Below are positions 1-18,080 of a DNA stretch of 64,000 nucleotides, piece by piece. The number at the start of each line of letters is the position of its first letter. Position 1 is the stretch's first letter. The stretch is from Eledone cirrhosa (Eukaryota), in NCBI GenBank assembly GCA_964016885.1, contig OZ024743.1, positions 166,780,001 through 166,844,000 on the forward strand, given 5' to 3'. The position numbers and the translations under genes were made by a program. Under the pieces are notes generated by a model. The model was given only the letters and a program-made list of their open reading frames with translations, made no database searches and was not told the origin of the DNA.

Positions 1-159
1 AATGAACGGGAAAAAAACGAAGATAATAAAGCAGCGATTCTTTGCTTAAACTTTAATCTGTTATTTTAATAAATATTTGTTCTACAGTTCTTATATATTT
101 GATATATATTTATCCTTATCGAGCCCTCTTTGGATTTTAGTCTTCAAATTTATTATTAT

Positions 160-232
160 TATTCGGGGTCGATAAAGTAAAGTACCAGTAATGTACTGGG
201 TAATTTCTGGCCTTGTGCCAATAGTAGAAACA

Positions 233-285
<53 letters not shown>

Positions 286-528
286 TATATATATATAAAT
301 AATATATATATATATAATATATTGAGCGCTTGCCGCATATCTCGAAAATTGCGTTTCGCTTTGTTTTCGACCACTGCCGAAATTCGATTTCGCATAGAGT
401 TACGGCCCTTGCCATTCTGAGTTCAAATCCCGCTGAGGTTAACTTTGCCTTTCATCCTTACGGGGGCGATAAAATAAAGTACCAGTAATGCACTGGGTAA
501 TTGCTGGCCTTGTGCCAAAAGTAGAAAC

Positions 529-531
<3 letters not shown>
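160..531 (+). mobile_element. Two tandem 5'-truncated tRNA-derived SINE copies
   Basis: B-box GAGTTCAAATCC at about 419, core GCCTTTCATCCTT..GGGG(T/G)CGATAAA..AAGTACCAG, 3' GTAGAAACAATT followed by (ATT)n or (TA)n. The core recurs at 17.8 kb and 52.9 kb. Confidence 0.8.
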
Positions 532-586
<55 letters not shown>

Positions 587-642
587 ATACATCATCATCA
601 TCATCGTTTAATGTCTATATATTATATATATATATATATATA

Positions 643-5090
<4,448 letters not shown>

Positions 5091-5162
5091 TATTGAAGTT
5101 TCCGTTGGAATTGAAAAAGTCATAGGAGTGAAGAGTGCTCTGCGAGTACCAGAGCAAAATTT

Positions 5163-5926
5163 AATGTATAATAAACAATACAATATAATTACCTCATTAC
5201 CAGAGGTTTCCCGAATAAGACGAATACGAAAGAAACGTCCTCATTCGTTCGTCGGACAAGGCAATATAAAACATAGTGAACTATTTGGAATGTCTCCTCA
5301 AGAAATGCAAAAAAAATATATATATATAAATAAAGGTAATGCAATAGACATATAAAATATATAAAAAAATATAAAGAAATATAGTTAGGTGTGTGTATAT
5401 GTATGTATATACACTCACAAATGTACATATGTATGTATGTACAAATGCGTGTGTATGGTGAAAATGTGTGCGTAAGTACATATATGAGGGCATGTATATT
5501 TGTGTATATGTAACCACAAATACGGATATAATCTAGTTGACACGAATCCAGACGCAGGTATTAGATACTTATATGCGGAAGATAAAAGGGGAAGGGAGTG
5601 TAATAGTTAAAAGAAAGTGTCATTCTCCATATATGTATAAAAATTAAACAATATGTGAGAAAGAAAAAATATTTAAATGAAAGAGAAAGTAGTCAATTAA
5701 CACTAGAGAAAAGAAAAGAAAAGAAAAGAAAAGAAAAGAAAAGAAAAGAAGATACACGCGTACATACACACTGATCTATAAAAAACATATATCTATAAGA
5801 AAATATATATATACACGCAATACGCACAGACAAAAGCGTATGCATGCGTACATACTTACACAGGATGCACGTATACATATACATACATATCGTCCCATGT
5901 ATATCTAATCACACGTACGTACGCGA

Positions 5927-5964
<38 letters not shown>

Positions 5965-8230
5965 GCACACATACACATCCATACATATATACACACATAC
6001 ACATAAACATATTCACGTACATTGACCCGCTTACACGCACACACATAAAAATAAGAATGTAAAAAAAACATAGATATAAAAACAGATATAAAAATACACA
6101 TACATACACATATATATACACGCACGCACACGCACATACGGAGACGTTCGTGTACATATACAGAACGTATACACACATAAAGACGCTCAGACACATAGAT
6201 ACAGGGTGTAAAGCAGCCTTATGAATAAAAATGTACAAATATAAAAATATAAAAAAAATAAAAAAATATAAAAATGGCTGCGAAATAACAGAAAATATCT
6301 GTAGTGGAAAACTACAGATATTTTCTGTTATTTCGCAGCCATGTGTATGTGCGTGTTATTTCGCAGCCATCCGTATGTGCGTGTGCGTGCGTGTATATAT
6401 ATGTGTATGTATGTGTATTTTTATATCTGTGTTTTTATATCTATAGTTTTTAAAAACCTTATTCCCTAACCATATTTTTGGGCTTTATCGCGACGATGGT
6501 CTAATACTTTCCCATACCACCATAGGCCATAACTTAGATAGATTAAGGAAAGACTTAATAAAAACCTTTGCTAGTTTTAATCTTAAAATTACTATTGACA
6601 CTAACCTTTCTAATGTTAATTTCCTAGATATAAACCTAGATTTGCCTACTGCTTCTTATAAACCATACCATAAACATAATGAAAATTTAAAATATATAAA
6701 TAAAGGCTCTTGCCATCCTCCTAGTTTTTAAAAACCTTATCCCTAATATTAGCCGTAGGATCTCCACCCTCTCTTCCTCAGAAGCTATTTTCAATAAGGC
6801 ATCCCCCTACTATAATAAAGCCCTCCAAAATAGCGGATTTAGCGAACCGATTAAATACATACCCAACTATACTAACTCTTTTAAACATAAAAATAGGAAA
6901 AGAAAAATAATCTGGTTCACACACTCCTACTCTCTAGCAGTTAAAACTAATGTAGGCAAAAAATTCCTAGAGCTCTTAGATAAACATTTCCCTAGAACAC
7001 ATAGATACTATAAGATCTTTAATAGAAACTGTGTCAAAATTAGCTACTCCTGCGGTCCCCCTATTAAATCTTATATCATCAACAAAAAATCACCTAGAGC
7101 ACATCAAAATTGCTCCTGTAGAGTCAAAAGTGAATGCCCATTACAAGGTAAATGCAACACCAAAGCCATTGTATATGCGGCTAAAGTGACAACCATCAGC
7201 AACAACCAACCAGCCACCAGTGAACGATATGTGGGTATGACACAAGACAAGTTCAAAACGCGTTATTACTCACATGTCGCATCCTTTCGACATCAAGAAA
7301 AAAGATTCACAACAGCTCTGGCTAGCAGAATATGGGATTTGAAAGACCAAGGTATCCAATATAAATTGGATTGGTCAATTTTGAACCAATCTAAAGAATA
7401 TGCAAGAGGAACAAGAAAATGCACACACTGCATAAATGAAAAATATTGGATTTTACAAAACCTTAAATCACCAAAAACCTGCCTAAATACAAAGACAGAA
7501 ATTTTTACCAGTTGCCCACACATGAAATCACACTTGCTTTCCAGCTCATATAAATTTAACACACTTTCAGATACTTATCCTCTATAAGCTCTTATTCTTC
7601 ACTTAAATTATTCTCTTTAAAGACTACTCTTTCTGATTTACTTTCATTTTTAACCTTATTATTAATTTTAATTTTATTTTTATTTTTATTTTTATTTTTA
7701 TTTTTATTTTTATTTTTATTTTTATTTTTATTTTTATTTTTATTTTTATTTTTATTTTTACTTCACATCCACCAGTAAACCCCCCCCCCTTTTTATCCTT
7801 CGATTCACTTACCTAATATCTTCACTTTCCACTTTTTACTTCCCTATTTTCTTTACTACCTGATTTCACTGTCACTTGCGTTTTCCACTACAGATATTTT
7901 CTGTTATTTCGCAGCCATTTTTATATATTTTTTTATTTTTTATTTTTTTTAAATATTTTTATATTTGTACATTTTTATTCATAAGGCTGCTTTACACCCT
8001 GTATCTATGTGTCTGAGCGTCTTTATGTGTGTATACGTTCTGTATATGTACACGAACGCCTCCGTATGTGCGTGTGCGTGCGTGTATATATATGTGTATG
8101 TATGTGTATTTTTATATCTGTGTTTTTATATCTATGTTTTTTTACATTCTTATTTTTATGTGTGTGTACGTGAATATGTTTATGTGTATGTGTGTATATA
8201 TGTATTGTATGTATGGATGTGTATGTGTGC

Positions 8231-8288
<58 letters not shown>

Positions 8289-8906
8289 TCGCGTACGTAC
8301 GTGTGATTAGATATACATGGGACGATATGTATGTATGTATATGTATACGTGCATCCTGTGTAAGTATGTACGCATGCATACGCTTTTGTCTGTACGTATT
8401 GCGTGTATATATATATTTTCTTATAGATATATGTTTTTTATACATATATCGAGGATGACAATTTCCTTTAACTATTACACTCCTTTCCCCCTTTATCTTC
8501 CGCATATAAGTATCTAATACCTGCGTCTGGATTCGTGTCAACTAGATTATATCCGTATTTGTGGTTACATATACACAAATATACTTGCCCTCATATATGT
8601 ACTTACGCACACATTTTCACCATACACACGCATTTGTACATACATACATATGTACATTTGTGAGTGTATATACATACATATACACACACCTAACTATATT
8701 TCCTTATATTTTTTTATATATTTTATGTCTATTGCATTACCTTTATTTATATATATATATATATTTTTTGCATTTCTTGAGGAGACTTTCCAAATATTTC
8801 AGTTTTATATTGCCTTGTCCGACGAACGAATGGGGACGTTTCTTTCGTATTCGTCTTATTCGGGAAACCTCTGGTAATGAGGTAATTATATTGTATTGTT
8901 TATTAT

Positions 8907-8912
<6 letters not shown>
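5163..8912 (+). mobile_element. 5'-truncated Hydra-like PLE flanked by about 1.1 kb inverted pseudo-LTRs
   Basis: Core 6470-7587 encodes GLYRDDGL, VNFLDINLD, RKIIWF, CSCRVKSECPL (CxCx5C linker), IVY..YVG.T..FK.R..H and CTHCINE. 5163-6311 is an inverted copy of about 7880-8912. Confidence 0.92.
8810..8885 (+). ncRNA. Type I hammerhead ribozyme motif with U4C core (inverted copy at 5189-5264)
   Basis: Stem I TTGCCTTGT/ATGAGGTAA, core CCGACGA, long stem II, GAAA, stem III ACC-TCT-GGT, predicted cleavage triplet GUA. Confidence 0.75.
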
Positions 8913-8994
<82 letters not shown>

Positions 8995-8997
<3 letters not shown>

Positions 8998-11265
8998 TAC
9001 AATAATTCCAAAAGCCGAAAAAGAAATAGAACTAGAAATATATTATGGTTTGCCCCCCCCCTTCTCACTAAATATTAAAACCCATATTGCTAAACTATTC
9101 TTTAATGCTCTTGACAAACGCTTAATATCAGAACACATAAATATCACTCAATTTTTAATAGACACACTATAAAATTAACTTACTCGTCCACCAAAAATTT
9201 AGCACAAAATATTAACAGAATTAATAATAAGGATTTAAAACCTAACCAAAATACCAATAATAACCCAAACAATATTCAATTAAATAACTGTAACTGTAGA
9301 AATAAATCTAACTGTCCGTTAAATAACAACTGCTTAGCTAAAAATGTAGTGTACAATTGTAATGTTAAAACTAATTTAAATTCTTTCAACTATGTTGGTT
9401 CCACCTCGACAGAATTTAAACTTCGCTTCAATAATCATAAGAATTCTTTCACAGATCCAAACAAAAAATCCTCAACTTCGCTATCTAGCCTACTCTGGCA
9501 CCTTAAGCGAGATAATATTAAATATTCGATGATTTGGAATATTGTCTCATAAGGTACTCCTTTTAATCCCTCTTCAGAGAGTTGTGATCTTTGTATAGAA
9601 GAAATATTCTTTATATTAAAGTCCAAAAATTCCCTTAATTTAAGGAGCAATTTATTCAGTTGCTGCAGACATAGATTGAACTCAACGTTTAAATATAAAT
9701 ATAAATTTAAAATGTAGTATAATTAATTAAGAAATTTAGTTAATATATGAAACCTGACGATAAATCATTAGATTCCTTCACCTTTTTCATTTTAAACTTT
9801 CTTCCTAAATATAAACAAGGATATAATAAACTACTCTAAAATGTATATGCTCCCAATGTATTAAATAAAATATACGTAAGATAAATTTCTATACTAAATA
9901 TAAGGGTATCCGTAGAATCACTGGGTCTTCTAAATCTTTAAAATTATTTTTATTTTTTTTATTTGTTTTGACTATGATAGCTTCTAATAACTTTCATATG
10001 TCTACCCTTGCAATATCTTGTTTGAGATATAGGTAGGATAGATTTCTATAATAAATATATAAAACATATTATTTTAACTTGAGATACTCTATAGTGTTTT
10101 AAAGATATTTAATGCTTTGATATTTCTATATTAATATATTGATATTTGATTATCTCTATACAAAGGCCATATGTGTGTATTAACATGCATATAAAAGTTT
10201 TATAGGGTCTATTTATGTGTTTGTATGTATGTCTGTATATATGCATAACGATGCTGGAAGACTCACGCAGATATTTATTTATACATATGTATGTGTATAT
10301 ATGGTTGTGTGTGTATATGTTGATGTGTGTTGCAGATATACATAATATTAAATACATGAACGGTAATCATATATATGAGGACATGAAAATTAATCGTATT
10401 TTTATGTATATATACTGTGAAATTTTTATAACACAAGAAATGTATAGAAGTGATCAAGTGAAATCATTTGTGTGTCTATATTATTGACTTGAGTAGACAT
10501 AATTTCTCTTTTTTCAGGACGTACATATGTGTGTATATATATATATACATATTTGTATCCGTATTTTTATAAATAGGGTATTTTTTGAAGGTTTTAACTC
10601 AGATTTTGGTATATTGACCTCAAGATTTTAAATTAAACATATGGTCATTATTGAACAATGTTATTTTCTCATATTATATATCTAAGTCCCATTCATGAAT
10701 ATTGATATTTACATTTTTATTATTCATTTCATATGAATTGTTAACTCAACTTAATATGACATGACGTAAAGTTGTCACTAATATCTCCCCTCTCTCTATA
10801 TAATATTTCCTCTCTCTTGAGTTTTTCTATCTGTATGATGAATTATTATCTCTCTGTTGCTTTCTTTTGTTTTTCTTATTTCTTCCTTTTTTTTTTCTTT
10901 TTTCTTTCTTCCTATCTATTTATATCTTTCTTTTCTACATACATTTCTCTCTCCGGTATTTCTCCAGGTTTTCTTTTTCTCTCTCTCCTTTTTCTCTCTC
11001 CTTCTCTCTCTCCGTTCTTTCTCTCCGTTTTTTCTAACTGTGCTTAATACTATAACTAATAAAATAATTATAAACATCTCACTATCCAGACAGCTTCCAA
11101 AAATAATGGTTGCATCTAATAGGGTACGTCAAAATTATTTATAAAACTGTTTATATATTGTATTTTGTCTGATGAAGGCATACCATATTTTAATTTGGTA
11201 TCCCTGAAATATGTACAATGAAATAAATATGGTTTTATAAATATAGTTTCCATTTATTTAATATC

Positions 11266-11268
<3 letters not shown>
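8995..11268 (+). mobile_element. 5'-truncated Hydra-like PLE (GIY-YIG end plus long 3' region)
   Basis: RNILWFAPP, CNCRNKSNCPL, VVYNC..YVGST..FKLRFNNH, CDLCIEE. Same family as 27997-31717. Bounded by (TA)n on both sides. Confidence 0.9.
11161..11225 (+). ncRNA. Hammerhead ribozyme motif in PLE 3' end (copy on minus strand at 28038-28102)
   Basis: CTGATGA 11169-11175, stem II AGGCATACCA/TGGTATCCCT, GAAA 11206-11209, self-complementary ATATGT stem III. Stem I pairs only if an extra U precedes C3. Confidence 0.7.
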
Positions 11269-11338
<70 letters not shown>

Positions 11339-11341
<3 letters not shown>

Positions 11342-12382
11342 TTGGTGTAACTAGGAGTTACTGCAGGTTCACCCGGGTGAGCACTCGATGTTTAGGTTCA
11401 CTTCTGTGATGATGTGTAGAGCTATACAGAGTGTAAAATATAGAAAGGATAAAAATGACGATTGATTATTCCTTCATTGCATTTATTGATAGGTGACGCA
11501 CGTTTCGCCACTGATCAGCTCAAGGTTCGATCTATATCGATCCTACCCGACTCAATAATCGGCAGCTCGACGGACCCTCTTAAAATGCTATAAGAAAATG
11601 AAATACATGCTATGTGGTAAAGTCAGAGTTTCAAAAGTTTGACAAAATGAGTTGTTTTGATTGGTGAGAAGGATCAAAAGCGATGTACTGGCCTGTAGTG
11701 TATATGGAGGGGGGGTGATGGTGAGATGTTGGTGACGGTCTGTGGATGAGGTGGGCTGTGGTGTGGTGGTGGTGGGTTGGCCTTGGCGTGTAGAGTATGT
11801 GGGGGTGGATGTGATGATATGGTGGTGGTTAAGGTTATTTAGTGGGATGGGCTGTGGTATGAGGTTAGTGGATTGTCAGTAGACGGGTTGGCGTGTGGTG
11901 GGGGTGTGGTAGTGGTGTCTTTGTCTATGGTAGCGGCGTTTGTGGTGGTGTGGTGGATGTATTGGTGGCGTCAGGTCCTTACATAGATACATAGTTTGAC
12001 GCTCTTCGTCTGACAGATACCTTGTATATACGTATACGTACACACACATATGTATATATGTGCACATATATTGTTGTATAAACACACACAACATAAAACA
12101 CATACGCACATCCTTGCCCACACATATCGGCATACGCTCACACACAGCCATATGTATATGTACACACATGTATGTGCATGCGCGCATGCGATCACGAATA
12201 TGGAGAGTGGGGGAGTATCGGTGGGGGTGGCGAACGACTGAGATGGGGGGAAGGTGAGAGGCGATGTAGAAGGTGTTTTACATATATACATACACATACA
12301 TACACATGAGTATGGGCACATGGACTCACACTCATGTATGCAAGATATACACATACACACTCGCACACACGTATACTCACAC

Positions 12383-12419
<37 letters not shown>

Positions 12420-15365
12420 CACACATGTACCGACAACACACACATACACGCACATATACACATACATGCACATATATGAGCTCACCTACACATACAGTTA
12501 GATTTACCCATATACATATATGTAGACGTACACATACACACACATACATACACATACATATATACACACACATACACATATGCATACACATACACATATA
12601 TATATTCAGATATATACATACACACACATAGACATATGTATACACATGTGTTCCAATACACACATACACACACACACACATACACATAAATTTGCGTACA
12701 CGCACGCACACTTAAAACGCCCGTATGAGTAAAATACTTACACACAGACACACACACTATTGTTGGTTGGGGAGTGGAGGTATGTGTTATCGGTGTTGAT
12801 GAAGTATGGAGTTGTGTTTTGTGGTGGTGGTGGTGGAGTTGTGAGGGACAAAAATATATATACCGGATCGAATACCGGTTAAAAGGTGACATAGGGAACG
12901 CGGGGAAAAGCGTTTATGGACGTACGGCGATGTGTGTTGTGGACATGGTGATGGTGGTGGTGCTGGGGTGATATGTTCGGCAAGATGATTACATGATCAG
13001 AGGTTACGGTGTGTTATATGGTAGGCAGACAGGGGGTGGGGGATATATAATACAGTCGATTTGGGAGCGAGAGATGATATGTGTTGATGATGTAATGATA
13101 ATGATTGTTGAAGTATGTGGATGTATTTAGTGGTGGCGGTGGTTGTGTGTGCGTGCGACAGTACAGGTACAGGGTCGAATTTAGCGTGGGGTTGTAGGTT
13201 AGGGTAGATAGAGGGAACATGTGGGGGGGGGGAGGGGGGAGGCGTATGGTATGCACATGACGATGTGTGGTGTGGTGGTGGTGGCGATAGTGTGATATGA
13301 TCGACATTGTATTTACAAAGTCCCTTGTCATTGTGGATTGCAAAGTGGAACGTATCATATGGTACCGATTTAATACGATGTTGCAACTATGAGGTGTGTA
13401 TGTTGATGTGAATTTTGGTGGTGGTGATGGTGATGTGTGCGGCATGATATACAAATGGGGGCTTAGAGATGGTAACATGGAGTACAATACAATAAGTTCA
13501 TTGAGGTGGGCGATGTTGAGACGAGGTATAGGTGGTTATTAATATGGTGTGTCATGGTTAGTGTGATTTTTGGTGTGGGTTATGTATGCGGCATGATATA
13601 CAAAATACGGGCTTACATATGGTTAAATTCAATGCAATGAAATAAGATAAAGTGAAGTTAGATTAGAATTAAAGTTCGTTGAGATGGGCGATGGTGATAC
13701 GGGGCAGGTGTGGTTATTATTATGGTGGGTCATGGTTAGTGCGTGGTCTTCGCGCGAAAGTTTGTGCAGAAAAGGTGTGCATCCTAGTGTGTCTGCAATT
13801 GACAATTATGTCTGACCTATAGTTTATGGCGGAATCAAGTTTAATTATTTCCGCCGCCTCAGCTAGGCACAATCTGCAGTGGTTTCTGTCACTGGGGATG
13901 TATGCCACACGTCTTTTTACTGACCACGAGATCCGGGGTTCAATATTCTTGTCCTTGAGGTCCCAGATCAGATCAGCCAGTTTTGTTTGGGGTCGTTTCG
14001 ATCTATGTTTGAAGGAGCTTCTGTGGTTATACCAGCGCTTCTTAAACGTAGTGGATGTCGCACCTATATATGAGTACTCCTTATTGCCGGCAGTGACATC
14101 GCACCGGTAAACAATATTCTTAACGCGGCACTCCCCGTTTAGTGGGAATTCGTCTCGTTTTTTGCAGTTGCATTTGGGAGTAACCGGTGCGGTGCAACGT
14201 TGGCGGTTGGTGTCGTGCGGTGTTGGTGTGGTGTGTGTGTTGTTGTGTTGTGTTGTGTGTGGTTTCGTTCTGGGTTGTGGTGGTGGTTTGCTGGGGGGAA
14301 ACCATGTGTTTTTGTATTTTTGCCCTATTATTGTGTGCTATTGTGTGGCCTAGGTTTGGTGCTGTGGAGAAAGAGGATTTTACGGTGTGTTTATTGAAGA
14401 GCTTGTGGTATTTGTGTGTGTGTGGAAAAGATTGTTCGAGGGCCACGAAAAAGGTTCCCGGTATGTTAATGGCGACGTGTATAGAATAGGGGGGGGGGGT
14501 TTATACCACGTGACAGGTCTACTTCGGTTTATGCGTTGTTTAGTTAGTTTGTGTGTGTTTTGGTCAGGCGTGTGTTTCAAATAGGTTCCAGGTAATCTAT
14601 TGGCGTTATGTTCCTTGTCTCTATTGGTACGCAAACGTGTGCGATAGTCGGAGTTGTTATTGGGGCTGGAGAGTATGGCTTTATCTCCTAGACAGTTATG
14701 TGTGGTGCTGTCTGCGCTGCCGGCTAGGGGGCGTCTAAGGTTATTGTGTGTCCTATGTGTGGAGGTTTCTTCTAAGTTCGTTTCTAAGGGTTCTGCTATG
14801 TTTAGCTGTGTTGCGGTTCTATTAGGGTTGATGTAAGAAATCTTCTCAGTATAACCAGCGTTTATAAGTGCGGAGTCATAGTATTCCGCGTGCTGCTTGA
14901 AGATGTTTTCGTTGGCCGACAGTGTGGACACTCTGTTGGAGACACTTTTAACTATAGAGTTAATTATGCTCTTAGGGTGGTTGGAGTGTCTATTGACGTA
15001 TCTAAGATTTTCATTAGGTTTGTGGTATGGACGGTAGAGGCCTGAGTCTAATTCTAGGGTGACGTCTAAGAAGTTAACTGTCCTGTTGTTGGGTTCAATT
15101 TCTACTGCTAAACCTTGGGTCTTAAAGATGTACCTAAGTCGTTTGTGTATTCTATTCAGTTGGCTGTTATTGAGTCCACGGGTCATTAGTAGAGCATCAT
15201 CCCGGTATAAGCCGCCGCCCAAGGAGGGGATCTCGTCCGTTAATATGTTTAGGAGGTATATGCCTACTACATCTGTAACCTATGCCGAGTGAGTCGATCC
15301 CATGGTGATGTCGAAGCTTTCTGGTCTATTCTGTCGTTCCCAAAGTCTACCGTCGAATTCTAGTA
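11339..15365 (-). mobile_element. 5'-truncated Hydra-like PLE
   Basis: FDITMGS, GGLYRDDALL, VNFLDVTL, VTWY.PP, CNCKKRDE.PL..ECR..NIVY, YIGATSTTFKKRWYNH, CRLCLAE (13720-15365). Long 3' region ends at a (TA)n tract. Confidence 0.9.
11491..11577 (-). ncRNA. Variant hammerhead motif with branched stem II
   Basis: Minus strand reads GGGT-CCGTCGA-GCTGC..(two hairpins)..GTGGC-GAAA-CGTGCG-TC-ACCT. Confidence 0.55.
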
Positions 15366-15367
15366 AA

Positions 15368-16190
15368 GTATATCTACTAACATATGCGTACAGATGTACG
15401 CTAATGCTAGCAAATACACAGGTTATGTCATAGTACCTAGGTGGTTCAATGCAGGAGGATGCAGAACAATAATATAAAAGACGTAAAATAAGAAAATTTT
15501 TAAAAATTTAAAAAATTAACTTACTTACTAAAATTTTCACTCCAACTAATTAGTTTCTGCAATGGGATAAAGACAGTTACGTAATTTAACTGTCGAGAAT
15601 TCTTTGCGTCATCAGGGAGTCTATTCTCAGCTAAGTCTCCAGGCAATGTGCGGACACTGGGGACTCATATAAAAATAATAATAATTCGGTAGATGGAACA
15701 GCTAGCGGGGACTGGATTCCATGCACTGAAAAGCTCGCTGTCACTGGTCAAATGGCAGATTCTAAAGAATCAATCACGTGACACTGAGGCTAGTCGGTAG
15801 GAGTGGGATGGTAAGATGACAGAAGCCTACTATCACACCAATAAATTAGTAGTGGTTTTGGCAGGTTTGCTCGACAAATAAGTAATTTGGAGATAAATAT
15901 AGAGAATTTAGTATATCTACTAACATATGCGTACAGATGTACGCTAATGCTAGCAAATACACAGGTTATGTCATAGTACCTAGGTGGTTCAATGCAGGAG
16001 GATGCAGAACAATAATATAAAAGACGTAAAATAAGAAAATTTTAAAAAATTAAAAAAATTAATGAATTCTCGACAGTTAGATTATGTAACTGTCTTTATC
16101 CCATTGCAGAAACTAATTAGTTGGAGTGAAAATTTTAGTAAGTAAGTTAATTTTTTTTTAATTTTCTTATTTTACGTCTTATTTTACGTC
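15368..16190. repeat. Compound direct plus inverted duplication
   Basis: About 15368-15515 repeats directly at about 15910-16060; about 15480-15601 repeats inverted at about 16064-16180. Confidence 0.9.
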
Positions 16191-16867
16191 GGCAATCTTA
16201 GAATTAAGGAAGCACTAATTATAGATAAAACACAACCACCAATCAATAATAGACTAGAACTCAACACCCAATTTATAACCTGATAGGGCTTCTAGCCCCA
16301 TATTTACACACCCCACACACACGCTTACACCTCCACTTATTCTCTCTCACACATACACACACAAAACCAGTTCTAACACCAAATAGCACCTATCCCCCAC
16401 ATTTACGAATAGACTTATCTTCTCACACTCACACACACACACTCACATACTTACACCTTCATACATTCTCCCACACACTTAAACAGGCATGTATATAAAA
16501 ATAAAAAAATAAAAATAAAAAAGAAACCCTAAACAAACCCCTTTTAAAGGGAGACTACTCTTTATCCATCTAATTTTAACTCTTTGACATTAGAGATAGA
16601 ACAGATACTCTATACTATTTCCTGTCAGCATGGCTTGGCAAGATATTTAGAAGGCTGGTTTGAGACCTTTATTTCCCTCTGAAGAAGAGATATTATCTCG
16701 AAAATTAAGGACATTTAAATAAATCTAAGGTAAAAGACGATTTGTCAACAATATCTTTTGCAATTGCATTCTTTTTTCTATGTCCATACCTGCATTGTTT
16801 TGGCTTTATTATACATATTCAAACGTTTATACCTCATTACACAATGCTTCAAGTGAACTATAACCTC

Positions 16868-16870
<3 letters not shown>
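16190..16870 (+). mobile_element. Extreme 3' fragment of another PLE family
   Basis: LRIKEALIIDKTQPPINNRLE (GIY-YIG C-terminus), CA-rich UTR, hammerhead at 16676, ends in (TA)n. Confidence 0.75.
16676..16710 (+). ncRNA. Minimal type I hammerhead ribozyme motif (35 nt)
   Basis: CCT-CTGAAGA-A-GAGAT(ATT)ATCTC-GAAA-AT-TA-AGG; palindromic AATT stem III. Confidence 0.7.
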
Positions 16871-16958
<88 letters not shown>

Positions 16959-17213
16959 TATACACACACACACACAGACACACACATATATATATTTTTT
17001 TCCTTTTTCAGTCTGGTCTACCTCTGGTGGTAGGATAGGACTCAATATAATCTTGTAAAATCCATAGAGAAGTTCTGTGTTTCGCTGAATTAATTCTTTA
17101 GATACAGAGTCAGATATTAGGTATTAAATTAACAATAAAAATAAAAACAACAAAATAAAAACAAAGTTATAAAGTAACTTGACTTTGTTCTTTTTATTTT
17201 CATTGTTAACTTG

Positions 17214-17440
<227 letters not shown>

Positions 17441-17584
17441 ATATATGTATATATATATCTGTGTGTGTCTTTGCGTTTGTGATTGCCTTCCCACCAATGC
17501 TTGTTGGTTTGTTGACGTCTCCATAACTTACCAAGGTGATGCTCCAGCATGGGCGTAGTCCAGAGACAGAAAAAAAGTAAAGTG

Positions 17585-17621
<37 letters not shown>

Positions 17622-17727
17622 AGAAGAGGGGTCTAAAACTCAAGGACATAAAAGGGCCATTACGTCCTGGAAGAGAGGCACTGGACCAAACGTGGTGGTG
17701 GGTGATGATTTTCACTAGTTATAATAA

Positions 17728-17939
17728 TTTCTACTATAGGCACAGGGCATGAAATTTAGGGTTTAGGGTCCCGTCGATTACATCGATCCCAGTTCACAAC
17801 TGCTACTTAATTTATCGACCCCAAAAGGATGAAAGGCAAAGTTTAGATCGGCGGAATTTGAACTCGGAAAGTTAAAACGGAAGAAGTACCGCTAAGCATT
17901 TCACCAGATGTACTAACGATTCCACTGGCTCACCGCCTT
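17728..17939 (-). mobile_element. Near full-length tRNA-derived SINE
   Basis: Minus strand begins GGCGGTGAGCCAGTGGAATCGTTAG, B-box GAGTTCAAATTCC, core CTTTGCCTTTCATCCTTTTGGGGTCGATAAATTAAGTA. Confidence 0.85.
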
Positions 17940-18034
17940 AGTTTCACCAGTTATAATGGAATCTGAAATATTGGTTCTACCGCCAGCCATAGAAAAGTAG
18001 TTCACGGGCCGCATGTTTGAGCCCCTTGTTGGAG

Positions 18035-18035
<1 letters not shown>

Positions 18036-18080
<45 letters not shown>

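Noticed and set aside
9754-9790. CTGACGA in a PLE 3' region
   Set aside because: No helix II or GAAA, and the sister copy reads CTGTCGA
17860-17939. tRNA genes suggested by A and B boxes (also 52930-52987 and 59400-59474)
   Set aside because: No complete cloverleaf, and each continues into a SINE core
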